A stretch of DNA of 40,968 nt from a virus (Duplodnaviria > Heunggongvirae > Uroviricota > Caudoviricetes). Below, one piece after another: positions 8,647-16,899 of this stretch; position 1 is the stretch's first letter; each line of letters opens with the position of its first letter. The notes beneath the pieces were generated by a model. That model searched no databases, was not told the DNA's origin, and saw only the letters and a program-made list of their open reading frames with translations. The stretch lies in the IMG/VR virus record IMGVR_UViG_2579778871_000004, positions 1 through 40,968 of that record; one strand, given 5' to 3'. Both the position numbers and the translations under genes were made by a program.

Positions 8647-8757
8647 TCAAATAAGTGGTTTGCTGCCTAATTTCATTTTCTGGCGACCAACACAAGTCAC
8701 CCCCATTTCACTGCGTGGCTTGCGGTAGTAAAGATTGTGCCTGTCTTTTAACCACAT
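8647..8757 (-). pseudogene. Relic of a lambda-type N gene (C-terminal ~35 codons only)
   Basis: ...YYRKPRSEMGVTCVGRQKMKLGSKPLI closely resembles the lambda N C-terminus (...YSKPGERGITCSGRQKIKGKSIPLI); no N-terminal ARM in any frame upstream. Confidence 0.4.
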
Positions 8758-8842
8758 CAGGCTCGGTGGTTCTCGTGTACCCCTACAGCGAGAAATCGGA
8801 TAAACTCTATTCACCCCTACAGAGAGCAAAAGAGAAACGCCG

Positions 8843-9424
8843 ATGAACAACTCATGGTGGCAGGAACTAATGCATTTTTTCCTGCAAGGAATGACACTTA
8901 AACAGTTGATTCATATGCTAATCATCCTGATCATATTGATTATTGTTATGCCGGTAAGCGTAAAAGAATGGATAAACCTGCATAATCCAGAAATCCTTCC
9001 TCATTACTGGATGTATTACATCCTGTTGTTTTGCGTTAGCTATGTGCTTAACGGCGTTGTTAATTCTGCTTATCACGCTGTGACTGAAAGAATTGAGGTA
9101 TTCGCTGCTCAGAAGCGCAAATCTAAAGAAGAGAAATACGTGCAAGATTTGTTTGATTCGTTAACTCTTGGAGAAAGAGCGTATTTGGCACTCGCTGTAG
9201 TCGCTAATAACCAGCTACAAACGGAAAAGGGAAGCCCTGAAGCAATCTCATTGCTCGAAAAAGGGCTTCTTATTCGGATACCTTCTGCTACTGGATATCC
9301 TGAAATCGACCGTTTTGTTATCCCAGAACGCTATAGAAATGAGTGCTACATTAGGTTTGCTGGGAAGAAAGACAGTCTTATGGATGAACTTATCGCTCAG
9401 GATAAGCACGGCAAAAACAAGTAA
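8843..9424 (+). CDS. sieB: Superinfection exclusion protein B (SieB-like membrane protein)
   Basis: 193 aa, hydrophobic N-terminal segments; rightward gene embedded in the leftward pL operon beside N, as sieB is in lambda and P22. Confidence 0.6.
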   Translation: MNNSWWQELMHFFLQGMTLKQLIHMLIILIILIIVMPVSVKEWINLHNPEILPHYWMYYILLFCVSYVLNGVVNSAYHAVTERIEVFAAQKRKSKEEKYVQDLFDSLTLGERAYLALAVVANNQLQTEKGSPEAISLLEKGLLIRIPSATGYPEIDRFVIPERYRNECYIRFAGKKDSLMDELIAQDKHGKNK

Positions 9425-9440
9425 TTAGCAAATTAATTTA

Positions 9441-9713
9441 TCATCTCGCCGTCAGTTGTTTTGATTTCCGGTAGCCTGCCGCGTAAATGGCTACGTTTGG
9501 CAGGCAAATACTTCCACTGCATTCATCTGCCTTCTTGCAGCGAAGGCTTCCGAGTGATGCTGCTTTATCTGCCCTGACGCAACCAGAGAGCTTTAGCGCA
9601 ATCTTTCGCGCCAGTCGCTGTTCTTGCATTGCCTGTTCACGTTGAGCCTGTCTGCGTGCTCTGCGGCGATTTCTGGCGTTATCGTCAGCTAGATATGTAA
9701 TGACGACTGTCAT
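9441..9713 (-). CDS. N-type transcription antiterminator (P22 gene 24 type)
   Basis: 90 aa; N-terminal arginine-rich motif NARNRRRARRQAQ; C-terminus ..YAAGYRKSKQLTAR recalled as matching P22 gp24; first gene downstream of nutL. Confidence 0.7.
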   Translation of the reverse strand: MTVVITYLADDNARNRRRARRQAQREQAMQEQRLARKIALKLSGCVRADKAASLGSLRCKKADECSGSICLPNVAIYAAGYRKSKQLTAR

Positions 9714-9821
9714 GTTGACCTCCGATGATTGACTTTGGCGGTGACGCGCCGGGTGCTTATCTTCCGGTTGCCGTCGTGCAGCTGCACTTCACGTCACCCC
9801 AAAGCCAACTACTCTTTGGTT

Positions 9822-9861
9822 CCCGCATTTCGGCGGGACAATCCCATCAATGTTAAAGAGC
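9822..9861 (-). promoter_or_regulatory. nutL (boxA GCTCTTTAACA then boxB hairpin CCCGCCGAAATGCGGG on the leftward transcript)
   Basis: boxA matches the CGCTCTTTAACA consensus; boxB stem-loop is identical to the one downstream of cro (nutR). Confidence 0.6.
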
Positions 9862-9907
9862 CTGCCAATCTGTTCCGTTTGGCTACCAGCGTCCTGCTGA
9901 TGGCTAA

Positions 9908-9995
9908 AGAATACTGTAGGTATTTTATTGTGTAAATACCCAAGGTATTTATTTTTGGTGAAATAATGATAAGCAAATGAATACAAAGGATATTT
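9908..9995 (-). promoter_or_regulatory. OL/pL: three 17-bp operators (9909-9925, 9934-9950, 9979-9995) with pL -10 TATTCT and -35 TTTACA
   Basis: Operators fit AATAC-N5-GTATT palindromes shared with OR; promoter hexamers with 17-nt spacer read leftward toward nutL and N. Confidence 0.5.
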
Positions 9996-10080
9996 ATTTT
10001 TTCGGTGTCTGCTTGTTCAGTACTTTTTATGCGGGATATGTGAAGTGGATCCCGATAGCTATTGCTGCCGGGATTATGGA

Positions 10081-10449
10081 TTAGTCAGCGAAGGTTAAGA
10101 CGAGAATTACCTTAATGATGTCTGCTACAACAGACACGGCCATAGATAAACCAAAGACGATCCAAGCCATAGAGATGTCTTCACTACCATCGTATAGAGT
10201 TCCGTAATCACTGGTGTAAGGTGTAAATGTCGCGCCTTGATACAATAGGTATAAGCTTGATCCATAGAGGATAAATGCAGATATCCCTTGTATTGCTATG
10301 ACCACTAGAATCATGAAACGAGCTGTTCTATGCGCCCAAGCCTGGCTTATTTTTTCTGATAGAGATTTCGCAATAAAAGCATGCGCTAATCCGTAAATTG
10401 TCGAGATTGCCAACATCCCAAAAAAGCTTGCTATAGCGGTTCCAACCAT
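10081..10449 (-). CDS. Small integral membrane protein co-transcribed with the repressor (rex-position gene)
   Basis: About 122 aa from ATG at 10449 with RBS AAGGGG; three predicted TM helices; starts 17 nt after the cI stop. Confidence 0.55.
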   Translation of the reverse strand: MVGTAIASFFGMLAISTIYGLAHAFIAKSLSEKISQAWAHRTARFMILVVIAIQGISAFILYGSSLYLLYQGATFTPYTSDYGTLYDGSEDISMAWIVFGLSMAVSVVADIIKVILVLTFAD

Positions 10450-10466
10450 AAGCGCCCCTTGCGTGA

Positions 10467-11183
10467 TCAAACCAGCCTTAGTTTTGTCTCAATTGCAACG
10501 CCTATAATCTTGCAGTTTCCATTGATTGGCACGAGAGGCCATGCAGGGTTAAGTCCCTTGAGGTATTTATTTCCGCCGTCGATTATCAGCTTCTTGAATG
10601 TTGCTTCGTTAGAGTCAGAAAGTTTTGCTATGACCAAGCTGCCGTTGATCGCCTCCCTTCCGGTATCGAAAAGAACGAATGTTCCCTCTGGAATGCTTAA
10701 CCCAACCGGTGCCGTCATTGAATCACCTTCCACTTTAAGCCAGAACGCATTACCTTGAATATGCGCGTCAGACTCAAGCCAAACATCTATGTCTTTAATG
10801 GTGTATGGTTCGCATGCTTCACACCACGAGCCAGCCTGGATACTGCTTAACACCGGATACCTCTTTCCTGCTCTGTATTCCCCTGCATACCTTACGTTGG
10901 CATCGCTCTTAAGGCTTTCTGCCTGTTCTGCAACCTTGGCAGAAATTGACTGGCTAAAATCAGCAATTGAGACTTGCAACAATCGTGCAAAACCAGATGC
11001 AACCTCAACGTTTAGCGCGTTTCTGCCATTAAGATAATGCCCTACCGCTCCTTGGGTGATACCCAGTTCATCAGCGATTGAGTATTGGGTTATTCCCAAT
11101 TCTTTCTTTTTTGACTCATACAAAGCCTTAAGCCGCTTAGCGTCTTCGAGCTGTTCTGTCGTCAGTGATTTTTTATTTTCCAT
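10467..11183 (-). CDS. cI: CI-type prophage repressor (HTH plus LexA-like S24 autopeptidase domain)
   Basis: 238 aa; N-terminus resembles lambda cI (LTQEQLEDARRLKA..), C-terminus has FWLKVEGDSMTAP and ATFKKLI..NPAWP motifs as in lambda cI and P22 c2. Confidence 0.9.
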   Translation of the reverse strand: MENKKSLTTEQLEDAKRLKALYESKKKELGITQYSIADELGITQGAVGHYLNGRNALNVEVASGFARLLQVSIADFSQSISAKVAEQAESLKSDANVRYAGEYRAGKRYPVLSSIQAGSWCEACEPYTIKDIDVWLESDAHIQGNAFWLKVEGDSMTAPVGLSIPEGTFVLFDTGREAINGSLVIAKLSDSNEATFKKLIIDGGNKYLKGLNPAWPLVPINGNCKIIGVAIETKLRLV

Positions 11184-11217
11184 AGCTTAATTCTAATAGC
11201 TAAGGTACTTAAACTAA

Positions 11218-11260
11218 AAATACCCTGAGTATTGATTGCTTTGAATACCTGTAGTATTCT
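11218..11260. promoter_or_regulatory. OR/pR: operators AAATACCCTGAGTATTG (11218-11234) and GAATACCTGTAGTATTC (11243-11259); pR -35 TTGATT, -10 TATTCT
   Basis: 17-bp palindromes of the same consensus as OL, between the divergent cI and cro starts. Confidence 0.55.
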
Positions 11261-11289
11261 TTGTTCATGGTTAATAACGGAGAGTGCAT

Positions 11290-11484
11290 ATGATTCGAAT
11301 GACACTTGCCGATTACGCCAAAATCCATGGACAGGCTAAAGCAGCCAGTGACTTTGGTGTAATCCAGTGCGCTATCAGCAAGGCCATTCTGGCAGGCCGT
11401 AACATCATGGTTACGGTAAAGCCTGATGGCAGTGTGATTGGAGAGGAAGTTCGTCCTTTCCCAAGCAACAAGAAAAACAAATAG
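11290..11484 (+). CDS. cro: Cro repressor (lambda Cro family)
   Basis: [49 protein letters not shown] resembles lambda Cro throughout; GGAG RBS. Confidence 0.8.
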   Translation: MIRMTLADYAKIHGQAKAASDFGVIQCAISKAILAGRNIMVTVKPDGSVIGEEVRPFPSNKKNK

Positions 11485-11490
11485 TAACAC

Positions 11491-11533
11491 CGCTCTTTAA
11501 CAGTCATGGTCCTCATTCCCGCCGAAATGCGGG
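11491..11533 (+). promoter_or_regulatory. nutR (boxA CGCTCTTTAACA, boxB CCCGCCGAAATGCGGG)
   Basis: Consensus boxA immediately after the cro stop, followed by the same boxB hairpin as nutL. Confidence 0.65.
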
Positions 11534-11592
11534 AATACAACGCGCATAAGTTGATGCGCATAACTTCTTATTTGTTAAGGAAATACTTACAT

Positions 11593-11871
11593 ATGGAACT
11601 TACAAGTACTCGCAAGAAAGCGAATGCAATTACAAGCAACATCCTGAATCGAATTGCTGTACGTGGTCAGCGAAAGGTTGCCGACGCGTTAGGGATTAAT
11701 GAATCGCAAATTTCGCGATGGAAAGACAGCTTCATCCCAAAAATGGGAATGCTTCTGGCTGTTCTTGAATGGGGTGTTGAAGACGAGGAGTTGGCGGAAC
11801 TGGCTAAGAAAGTAGCCAGAATGCTGACAAAAGAAAAAGCCCCGAAAAACGGCGAATTCTTCGAGGCCTGA
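11593..11871 (+). CDS. cII: CII transcriptional activator
   Basis: 92 aa; ISRWKDSFIPKMGMLLAVLEWGVEDEE matches the lambda cII core; leader TTGTTAAGGAAATACTTACATATG as in lambda. Confidence 0.8.
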   Translation: MELTSTRKKANAITSNILNRIAVRGQRKVADALGINESQISRWKDSFIPKMGMLLAVLEWGVEDEELAELAKKVARMLTKEKAPKNGEFFEA

Positions 11872-11905
11872 TGTAGAAAGACTGGATCAATCCACAGGAG
11901 TAATT

Positions 11906-12067
11906 ATGACAAAACGTCGTAAGAAATACCAGGAAAAAGAAGAGATTCGACACCCTGATTCACCTGAGGGATTAGTGGTAGCCGCAGCAAATAACAGGGC
12001 GTTCGCAGAGCGCCTTGTTGGTGTTTACAGACTAGCCAAAGCAGGAGTGAAACATGGGCGTCGTTAA
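11906..12067 (+). CDS. Hypothetical small basic protein (53 aa)
   Basis: Hand-translated MTKRRKKYQEKEEIRHPDSPEG...; CAGGAG RBS; below track cut-off. Confidence 0.35.
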   Translation: MTKRRKKYQEKEEIRHPDSPEGLVVAAANNRAFAERLVGVYRLAKAGVKHGRR

Positions 12068-12116
12068 GTTAGCTGATTACAGGCATAACCCTGTACAACA
12101 TCAGGAGGCATCCAGT

Positions 12117-12944
12117 ATGGGGTATGTCTCTATACACCGCCAGTTTATGGACAGCAGGCTCTATAAGGACTCTCAGGCAGTACATCTTTGGCTTCACTTA
12201 ATCCTCAAGGCTAATCACGAATCTACTGTCGTCAATACGGATATCGGTCCGATAACTGTTGATCGCGGTCAGATGATAACTGGACGCCCGTCGCTGGTCA
12301 GAGAAACATTCATCCCCGACAACAAAGTTCGGAGCTTATTACGGACTTTTGAGTCGAAAGGGATGATTAATATTTGCTCGATGGGGAAGAAATTTAGCCT
12401 TTTTACAATCGTTAAATATGACGATTTTCAGGCAAAAAATTGTCCAACGGTTGTCCAACGGTTGTCCAACGCAAACACCAGTAATGGCGCGTCTCTCAGC
12501 GGGGATTGTCCAACGGTTGTCCAACGGTTGTCCATAAACAATAATATAAATAATATCTCTAATACTGACGTATTAGAGAGTGCCACAGCAGACAAAAAGT
12601 CTGACAAGAAAAAACCTTCCGTTAGCTGTCAGGATGTTGTCGATGCTTACCACGAAATCCTTCCTGAAGCGCCAAGAATCCGCGCACTGAATGACAAGCG
12701 TAAAAACCAGATCCGAACGTTCTGGCGCAAAGCCGGAGTGATAACCCGCCAACTTGACGGGCATGGGTTCACGATGCAGGACTGGAGAAATTATTTGAGC
12801 TACGTTGGCGAAAATTGCCGATGGATGTTCGAAGAGCGCCCAAACCATCAGCGCGGAACCGTCTGGCACAAAAAGGGATTTGATTTCCTGCTTAACGATA
12901 ATACCTACCTGAAAGTTCGTGAGGGTGAACACGATGACCGATAA
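12117..12944 (+). CDS. Replication initiator, O-like (iteron-binding), P22 gene 18 type
   Basis: AGGAGG RBS before ATG at 12117; the gene contains the ori iterons; followed by a DnaB-type helicase. Confidence 0.7.
   Translation: MGYVSIHRQFMDSRLYKDSQAVHLWLHLILKANHESTVVNTDIGPITVDRGQMITGRPSLVRETFIPDNKVRSLLRTFESKGMINICSMGKKFSLFTIVKYDDFQAKNCPTVVQRLSNANTSNGASLSGDCPTVVQRLSINNNINNISNTDVLESATADKKSDKKKPSVSCQDVVDAYHEILPEAPRIRALNDKRKNQIRTFWRKAGVITRQLDGHGFTMQDWRNYLSYVGENCRWMFEERPNHQRGTVWHKKGFDFLLNDNTYLKVREGEHDDR
12440..12538. repeat. Origin iterons: 6 x 11-bp TTGTCCAACGG in two triplets (12440-12472, 12506-12538), followed by an AT-rich tract
   Basis: Direct repeats seen in sequence inside the initiator gene; AT-rich stretch AACAATAATATAAATAATATCTCTAATA follows. 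Confidence 0.75.
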
Positions 12945-14370
12945 TTTTTATGCGCCGCCACATAGCATCGAGGCAGAGCAGGCGGTGATTGGTGGATTGC
13001 TTCTGGATGATGACAGCAGTGAGCGCGTCCAGAAAGTTCTGGCGATGCTGAAGCCTGATTCATTTTACAGCCGACCACACAAAATCCTTTTCGAAGAAAT
13101 AACCAGAATGCACCGGGAGCAAAAGCCAGTAGATGGCCTGACGCTTTTCGATGAACTGGAGCGTAAATCGTTAACGGCGTCTGTTGGCGGTTTTGCTTAT
13201 ATCGCTGAGATCGCAAAGAACACGCCAAGCGCAGCAAACATCGTTGCCTATGCAATGCAGGTTCGTGAAACCGCAATGGAACGCTACGCCATCAACCGCA
13301 TGACTGAAGCGACGGAATTGCTCTATTCCCGCAACGGAATGACTGCAACGCAGAAGTACGAAGCTATTCAGGCGATTTTCACGCAACTGACAGACCATGC
13401 AAAAACCGGATCGCGTCGCGGACTTCGCTCATTTGGTGAGGTCATGGAAGACTGGGTTAGCGACCTTGAGAAGCGTTTTGACCCGTCAGGCGAACAACGA
13501 GGAATGAGCACAGGGATCCCATCGCTGGACAGGATGCTGTCACCGAAAGGTCTGGTGAAAGGCTCTCTGTTTGTCATTGGCGCTCGCCCTAAGATGGGGA
13601 AAACGACGCTATACAGCCAGATGGCAATCAACTGCGCAGTGCATGAGAAAAAGCCAGCTCTGATGTTCAGCCTTGAAATGCCAGGTGACCAGATACTGGA
13701 AAAACTGGTAGGGCAGAAGTCTGGTGTTAACCCGAATATTTTTTACCTTCCGGCGACAAATGACGCCGATGACGGCTATCAGGGTGATTACGATGGTGAC
13801 TTCAACAGGGCGATCGAAACAGCTAATCGTTTGAGTGAAATCGACCGGCTTTACATCGACGACACGCCGGGATTATCTCTGGCTCAAATCGTTAGCGAAA
13901 GCCGTCGAATCAAGCGAGAAAAAGGATGTGTTGGCATGATTCTGGTCGATTACCTGACACTAATGACCGCTGAGAAGGCCGATCGCAACGACCTTGCTTA
14001 CGGCATGATCACAAAAGGACTGAAGAACCTTGCCAAAGAGCTTGATTGTGTTGTTGTGCTTCTGACACAGCTTAATCGCGCACTGGAAAGCCGAACCAAT
14101 AAACGCCCATTACCAAGTGACTCCCGAGATACAGGGCAGATTGAACAGGATTGCGATTATTGGGTTGGGATCCATCGTGAAGGTGCTTTTGATGACAGTG
14201 TTCCACCTGGTGAAACCGAACTAATCCTTCGTCTCAATCGTCATGGCAATACCGGCACGGTGTATTGCATTCAGGCAAATGGCGCTATTTATGACACAGA
14301 CCAACAGTCTGCTGAAATGCGCCGCCGTGAACGCGAGGAACCGCAGTCCAAGAAGAAAGGAGGATTCTGA
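12934..14370 (+). CDS. DnaB-family replicative helicase (P22 gene 12 type)
   Basis: 478 aa; Walker A GARPKMGKTT and DnaB-like C-terminal RecA-fold motifs. Confidence 0.85.
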   Translation: MTDNFYAPPHSIEAEQAVIGGLLLDDDSSERVQKVLAMLKPDSFYSRPHKILFEEITRMHREQKPVDGLTLFDELERKSLTASVGGFAYIAEIAKNTPSAANIVAYAMQVRETAMERYAINRMTEATELLYSRNGMTATQKYEAIQAIFTQLTDHAKTGSRRGLRSFGEVMEDWVSDLEKRFDPSGEQRGMSTGIPSLDRMLSPKGLVKGSLFVIGARPKMGKTTLYSQMAINCAVHEKKPALMFSLEMPGDQILEKLVGQKSGVNPNIFYLPATNDADDGYQGDYDGDFNRAIETANRLSEIDRLYIDDTPGLSLAQIVSESRRIKREKGCVGMILVDYLTLMTAEKADRNDLAYGMITKGLKNLAKELDCVVVLLTQLNRALESRTNKRPLPSDSRDTGQIEQDCDYWVGIHREGAFDDSVPPGETELILRLNRHGNTGTVYCIQANGAIYDTDQQSAEMRRREREEPQSKKKGGF

Positions 14371-14397
14371 TGACCATCTACATCACTGAGCTAATAA

Positions 14398-14430
14398 CAG
14401 GCCTGCTGGTAATCGCAGGCCTTTTTATTT
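14398..14430 (+). terminator. Rho-independent terminator after the replication genes
   Basis: AGGCCTGC-tggtaatc-GCAGGCCT followed by TTTTTATTT. Confidence 0.6.
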
Positions 14431-14445
14431 GGGGGAGAGGGAAGT

Positions 14446-14772
14446 GTGGCTGACTGGCAAATTCCAATCATCATTCTTGCCGGAGCTTCGCTGGTTGCTG
14501 GCTTTATCCTGCTGAAAAAGCATAAAGACCGTGATCAAAAAGTCGAAGTTCTCTATGGGTATCCAGCGAACTGCACAACATGGCTGACCATTTACCACTA
14601 CCGAAAATCAGGCCGCTGGGTATTCGAATGGGATGATCTGTTTGCTGAAAAGCGACCAAAGTCATGGGGAGACATCAGCGAATGCATGATGTTTGAAGAA
14701 AGAAAATCCGGCGCAACTCGAGAAGAGTTTAACGAAGCGTGGAGGCGATTAAGTGAGAGAGGGTATCAATGA
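14446..14772 (+). CDS. Hypothetical protein with N-terminal TM segment (108 aa)
   Basis: GTG start after GGGAGAGGGAA; hydrophobic N-terminus IPIIILAGASLVAGFILL. Confidence 0.45.
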   Translation: MADWQIPIIILAGASLVAGFILLKKHKDRDQKVEVLYGYPANCTTWLTIYHYRKSGRWVFEWDDLFAEKRPKSWGDISECMMFEERKSGATREEFNEAWRRLSERGYQ

Positions 14773-15005
14773 GCAGAATTAAATCTGGTTATCCAGGAAA
14801 TGGGGAATACCCGAAGCCATATTTACCTGTAACAGTGACCACTCAATCTAAGCATCCACATCATTTCAAGCAAAGTGGTACAGCTTATTGGAGTGGCAAG
14901 CGGTGGATAGGTATTGATGGGTTCAAAATTGGGTATGCAAAGGTAATTAAATGGGAATTTAACATCACACACTGGAGTTCATCCCATGAGGAAACTAACG
15001 TTTGA
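14769..15005 (+). CDS. Hypothetical nin-region protein (78 aa)
   Basis: ORF overlapping neighbours by a few nt. Confidence 0.4.
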   Translation: MSRIKSGYPGNGEYPKPYLPVTVTTQSKHPHHFKQSGTAYWSGKRWIGIDGFKIGYAKVIKWEFNITHWSSSHEETNV

Positions 15006-15426
15006 ACTAAGAAGCCCCATCCATCAGCAGAACGCCATTCAAGCCATCCAGCAAATCCTTCCAGACCCAACCAAACCAATCGTAGTAACCATTCAGGAGC
15101 GCAACCGCAGCTTAGACCAAAATCGGAAGCTTTGGGCTTGCCTTGGTGACGTTTCGCGTCAGGTTGAATGGCATGGTCGCTGGCTGGATGCAGGAAGCTG
15201 GAAGTGTGTGTTTACCGCAGCATTAAAGCAGCAGGACGTTGTTCCTAACCTTGCCGGGAATGGCTTTGTGGTAATAGGACAGTCAACCAGCAGGATGCGT
15301 GTAAGCGAATTTGCGGAGCTATTAGAGCTTATACAGGCATTCGGTACAGAACATGGCGTTAAGTGGTCAGACGAAGCGCGACTGGCTCTGGAGTGGAAAG
15401 CGAGATGGGGAGATAAAACTGAATGA
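14986..15426 (+). CDS. ninB: NinB (Orf-family recombination mediator)
   Basis: 146 aa, recognised as near-identical to lambda NinB (..ILPDPTKPIVVTIQERNRSLDQNRKLWACLGDVS..). Confidence 0.85.
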   Translation: MRKLTFELRSPIHQQNAIQAIQQILPDPTKPIVVTIQERNRSLDQNRKLWACLGDVSRQVEWHGRWLDAGSWKCVFTAALKQQDVVPNLAGNGFVVIGQSTSRMRVSEFAELLELIQAFGTEHGVKWSDEARLALEWKARWGDKTE

Positions 15427-16013
15427 ACAAATACCGACTTATTTACGCAGATCCGCCTTGGCAATATCGCGACAAAGCCAACGATGGCAATCGCGGTGCT
15501 GGACATAAATACGATGTTATGAATGTTCAGGACATTTGCCGACTGCCAGTATGGGATTTAGCGGATCCAGAATCTTGCTTGTTAGCGATGTGGTGGGTGC
15601 CGACACAGCCAGCCGAAGCGCTAAAGGTAGTTGAGGCGTGGGGATTCAGGTTGATGACTATGAAAGGCTTTACCTGGCATAAAACCAATAAGCACAAAGG
15701 AAACAGTGCGATCGGAATGGGGCATATGACCAGGGCAAATAGCGAGGATTGCTTGTTTGCTGTTCGAGGGCGGTTGCCTGAGAGAATGGACGCTTCCATA
15801 TGCCAGCACTTTACCGCACCGAGAATGGAGCACAGTGCAAAACCACCGATCGTAAGAGACATGTTAGCTAAGTTGCTTGGCGACGTGCCGCGCTGTGAGT
15901 TATTTAGCCGCGACAAAGTGACCGGGTGGGATATGTGGGGCAATCAGTGCGACTCCGATTTTGAACTGGCTACCGGCATGGCGATTAAACCATGCAAAAT
16001 GGTGATCGCATGA
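15423..16013 (+). CDS. Orphan DNA N6-adenine methyltransferase (DPPW motif)
   Basis: 196 aa; catalytic motif IYADPPW near N-terminus; no adjacent restriction gene. Confidence 0.75.
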   Translation: MNKYRLIYADPPWQYRDKANDGNRGAGHKYDVMNVQDICRLPVWDLADPESCLLAMWWVPTQPAEALKVVEAWGFRLMTMKGFTWHKTNKHKGNSAIGMGHMTRANSEDCLFAVRGRLPERMDASICQHFTAPRMEHSAKPPIVRDMLAKLLGDVPRCELFSRDKVTGWDMWGNQCDSDFELATGMAIKPCKMVIA

Positions 16014-16183
16014 AGCACTGTTATCGATGTGGAGAGCGAAAGGAAGGCGATCGCTTTCGACCCGGGCAACCTTACTGGAATCGATGGTGTCTCCGGTGTG
16101 AAAGAACACCAACAGGGGTGTTACCACTACCGCAGGAAAAGGAGGACGTGTGGCGAGACAGCGACGAAGTATCACCGACATAA
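16010..16183 (+). CDS. NinD-like small zinc-ribbon protein
   Basis: 57 aa from MKHCYRCGE...; CxxC pairs; ATGA overlap with methyltransferase stop. Confidence 0.4.
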
Positions 16184-16326
16184 TCTGTGAAAACTGCAAA
16201 TACCTTCCAACGAAACGCTCCAGAAATAAACGCAAGCCAATCCCAAAAGAATCTGACGTAAAAACCTTCAACTACACGGCTCACCTGTGGGATATCCGGT
16301 GGCTAAGACATCGTGCGAGGAAATGA
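16150..16326 (+). CDS. ninE: NinE-like protein
   Basis: Hand-translated (GTG start) [57 protein letters not shown]; coordinates approximate. Confidence 0.5.
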
Positions 16327-16730
16327 CAATGCTTTTAATTCAACCTGGATTTGGACTTAGCATCAAAAAAGGCCACATGTTTGGCGAGAAAGAGTCACAA
16401 CGAAAAATGGTGTCTATCCGGTTGCCATTTATCAGTATTTATTGGCTAAACAGGGAGGCAACAAATTATTGGTATACATGCGCCAGAGCAGCATTTAACG
16501 ACCCTGACTGGTTTGTGAAAAACCACCACGCAGTTCGTCAGGCAAAGAGAAAGGCCAACATGACATACATGAAGGCGTATCAAAAAGCATGGAAAGAACA
16601 CCGCGATCGATACCAGCAAGACATGGAAAAGCTTGAATCAGAAAACATGGAATTAAGACGAAAGCTTGGTGAAGCAAAACGAGACATTGATGCTTACAAG
16701 CGACTTTTTAATGGTGAAAGCCATGCTTAG
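16323..16730 (+). CDS. Hypothetical nin-region protein (135 aa)
   Basis: ATG overlapping ninE stop (ATGA), RBS GAGGAAA. Confidence 0.5.
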
Positions 16731-16899
16731 CCCATCCCAATCCCTTCAATACCAGAAAGAAAGCGTCGAGCGGGCTTTAACGTGCGCTAACTGCGGTCAG
16801 AAGCTGCATGTGCTGGAAGTTCACGTGTGTGAGCACTGCTGCGCAGAACTGATGAGCGATCCGAATAGCTCAATGTACGAGGAAGAAGACGATGGCTAA
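16723..16899 (+). CDS. ninF: NinF
   Basis: [29 protein letters not shown]... recognised as lambda NinF. Confidence 0.6.
   Translation: MLSPSQSLQYQKESVERALTCANCGQKLHVLEVHVCEHCCAELMSDPNSSMYEEEDDG

Noticed and set aside
8647-8850. Full 67-aa ORF as an intact second N gene
   Set aside because: N-terminal two thirds lack an arginine-rich motif and overlap the sieB start region on the opposite strand; only the C-terminal third is N-like, so it is called a relic.
12440-12538. Tandem 11-bp direct repeats that could superficially suggest a CRISPR-like array
   Set aside because: Repeats are contiguous with no spacers, lie inside the replication initiator gene and are followed by an AT-rich tract: classic origin iterons, not CRISPR.
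14370-14453. 27-codon hydrophobic mini-ORF (MTIYITELITGLLVIAGLFIWGRGKCG) overlapping the helicase stop and the terminator
   Set aside because: Its hydrophobic run is simply the translation of the terminator stem-loop; too short and structure-embedded to call without expression evidence.
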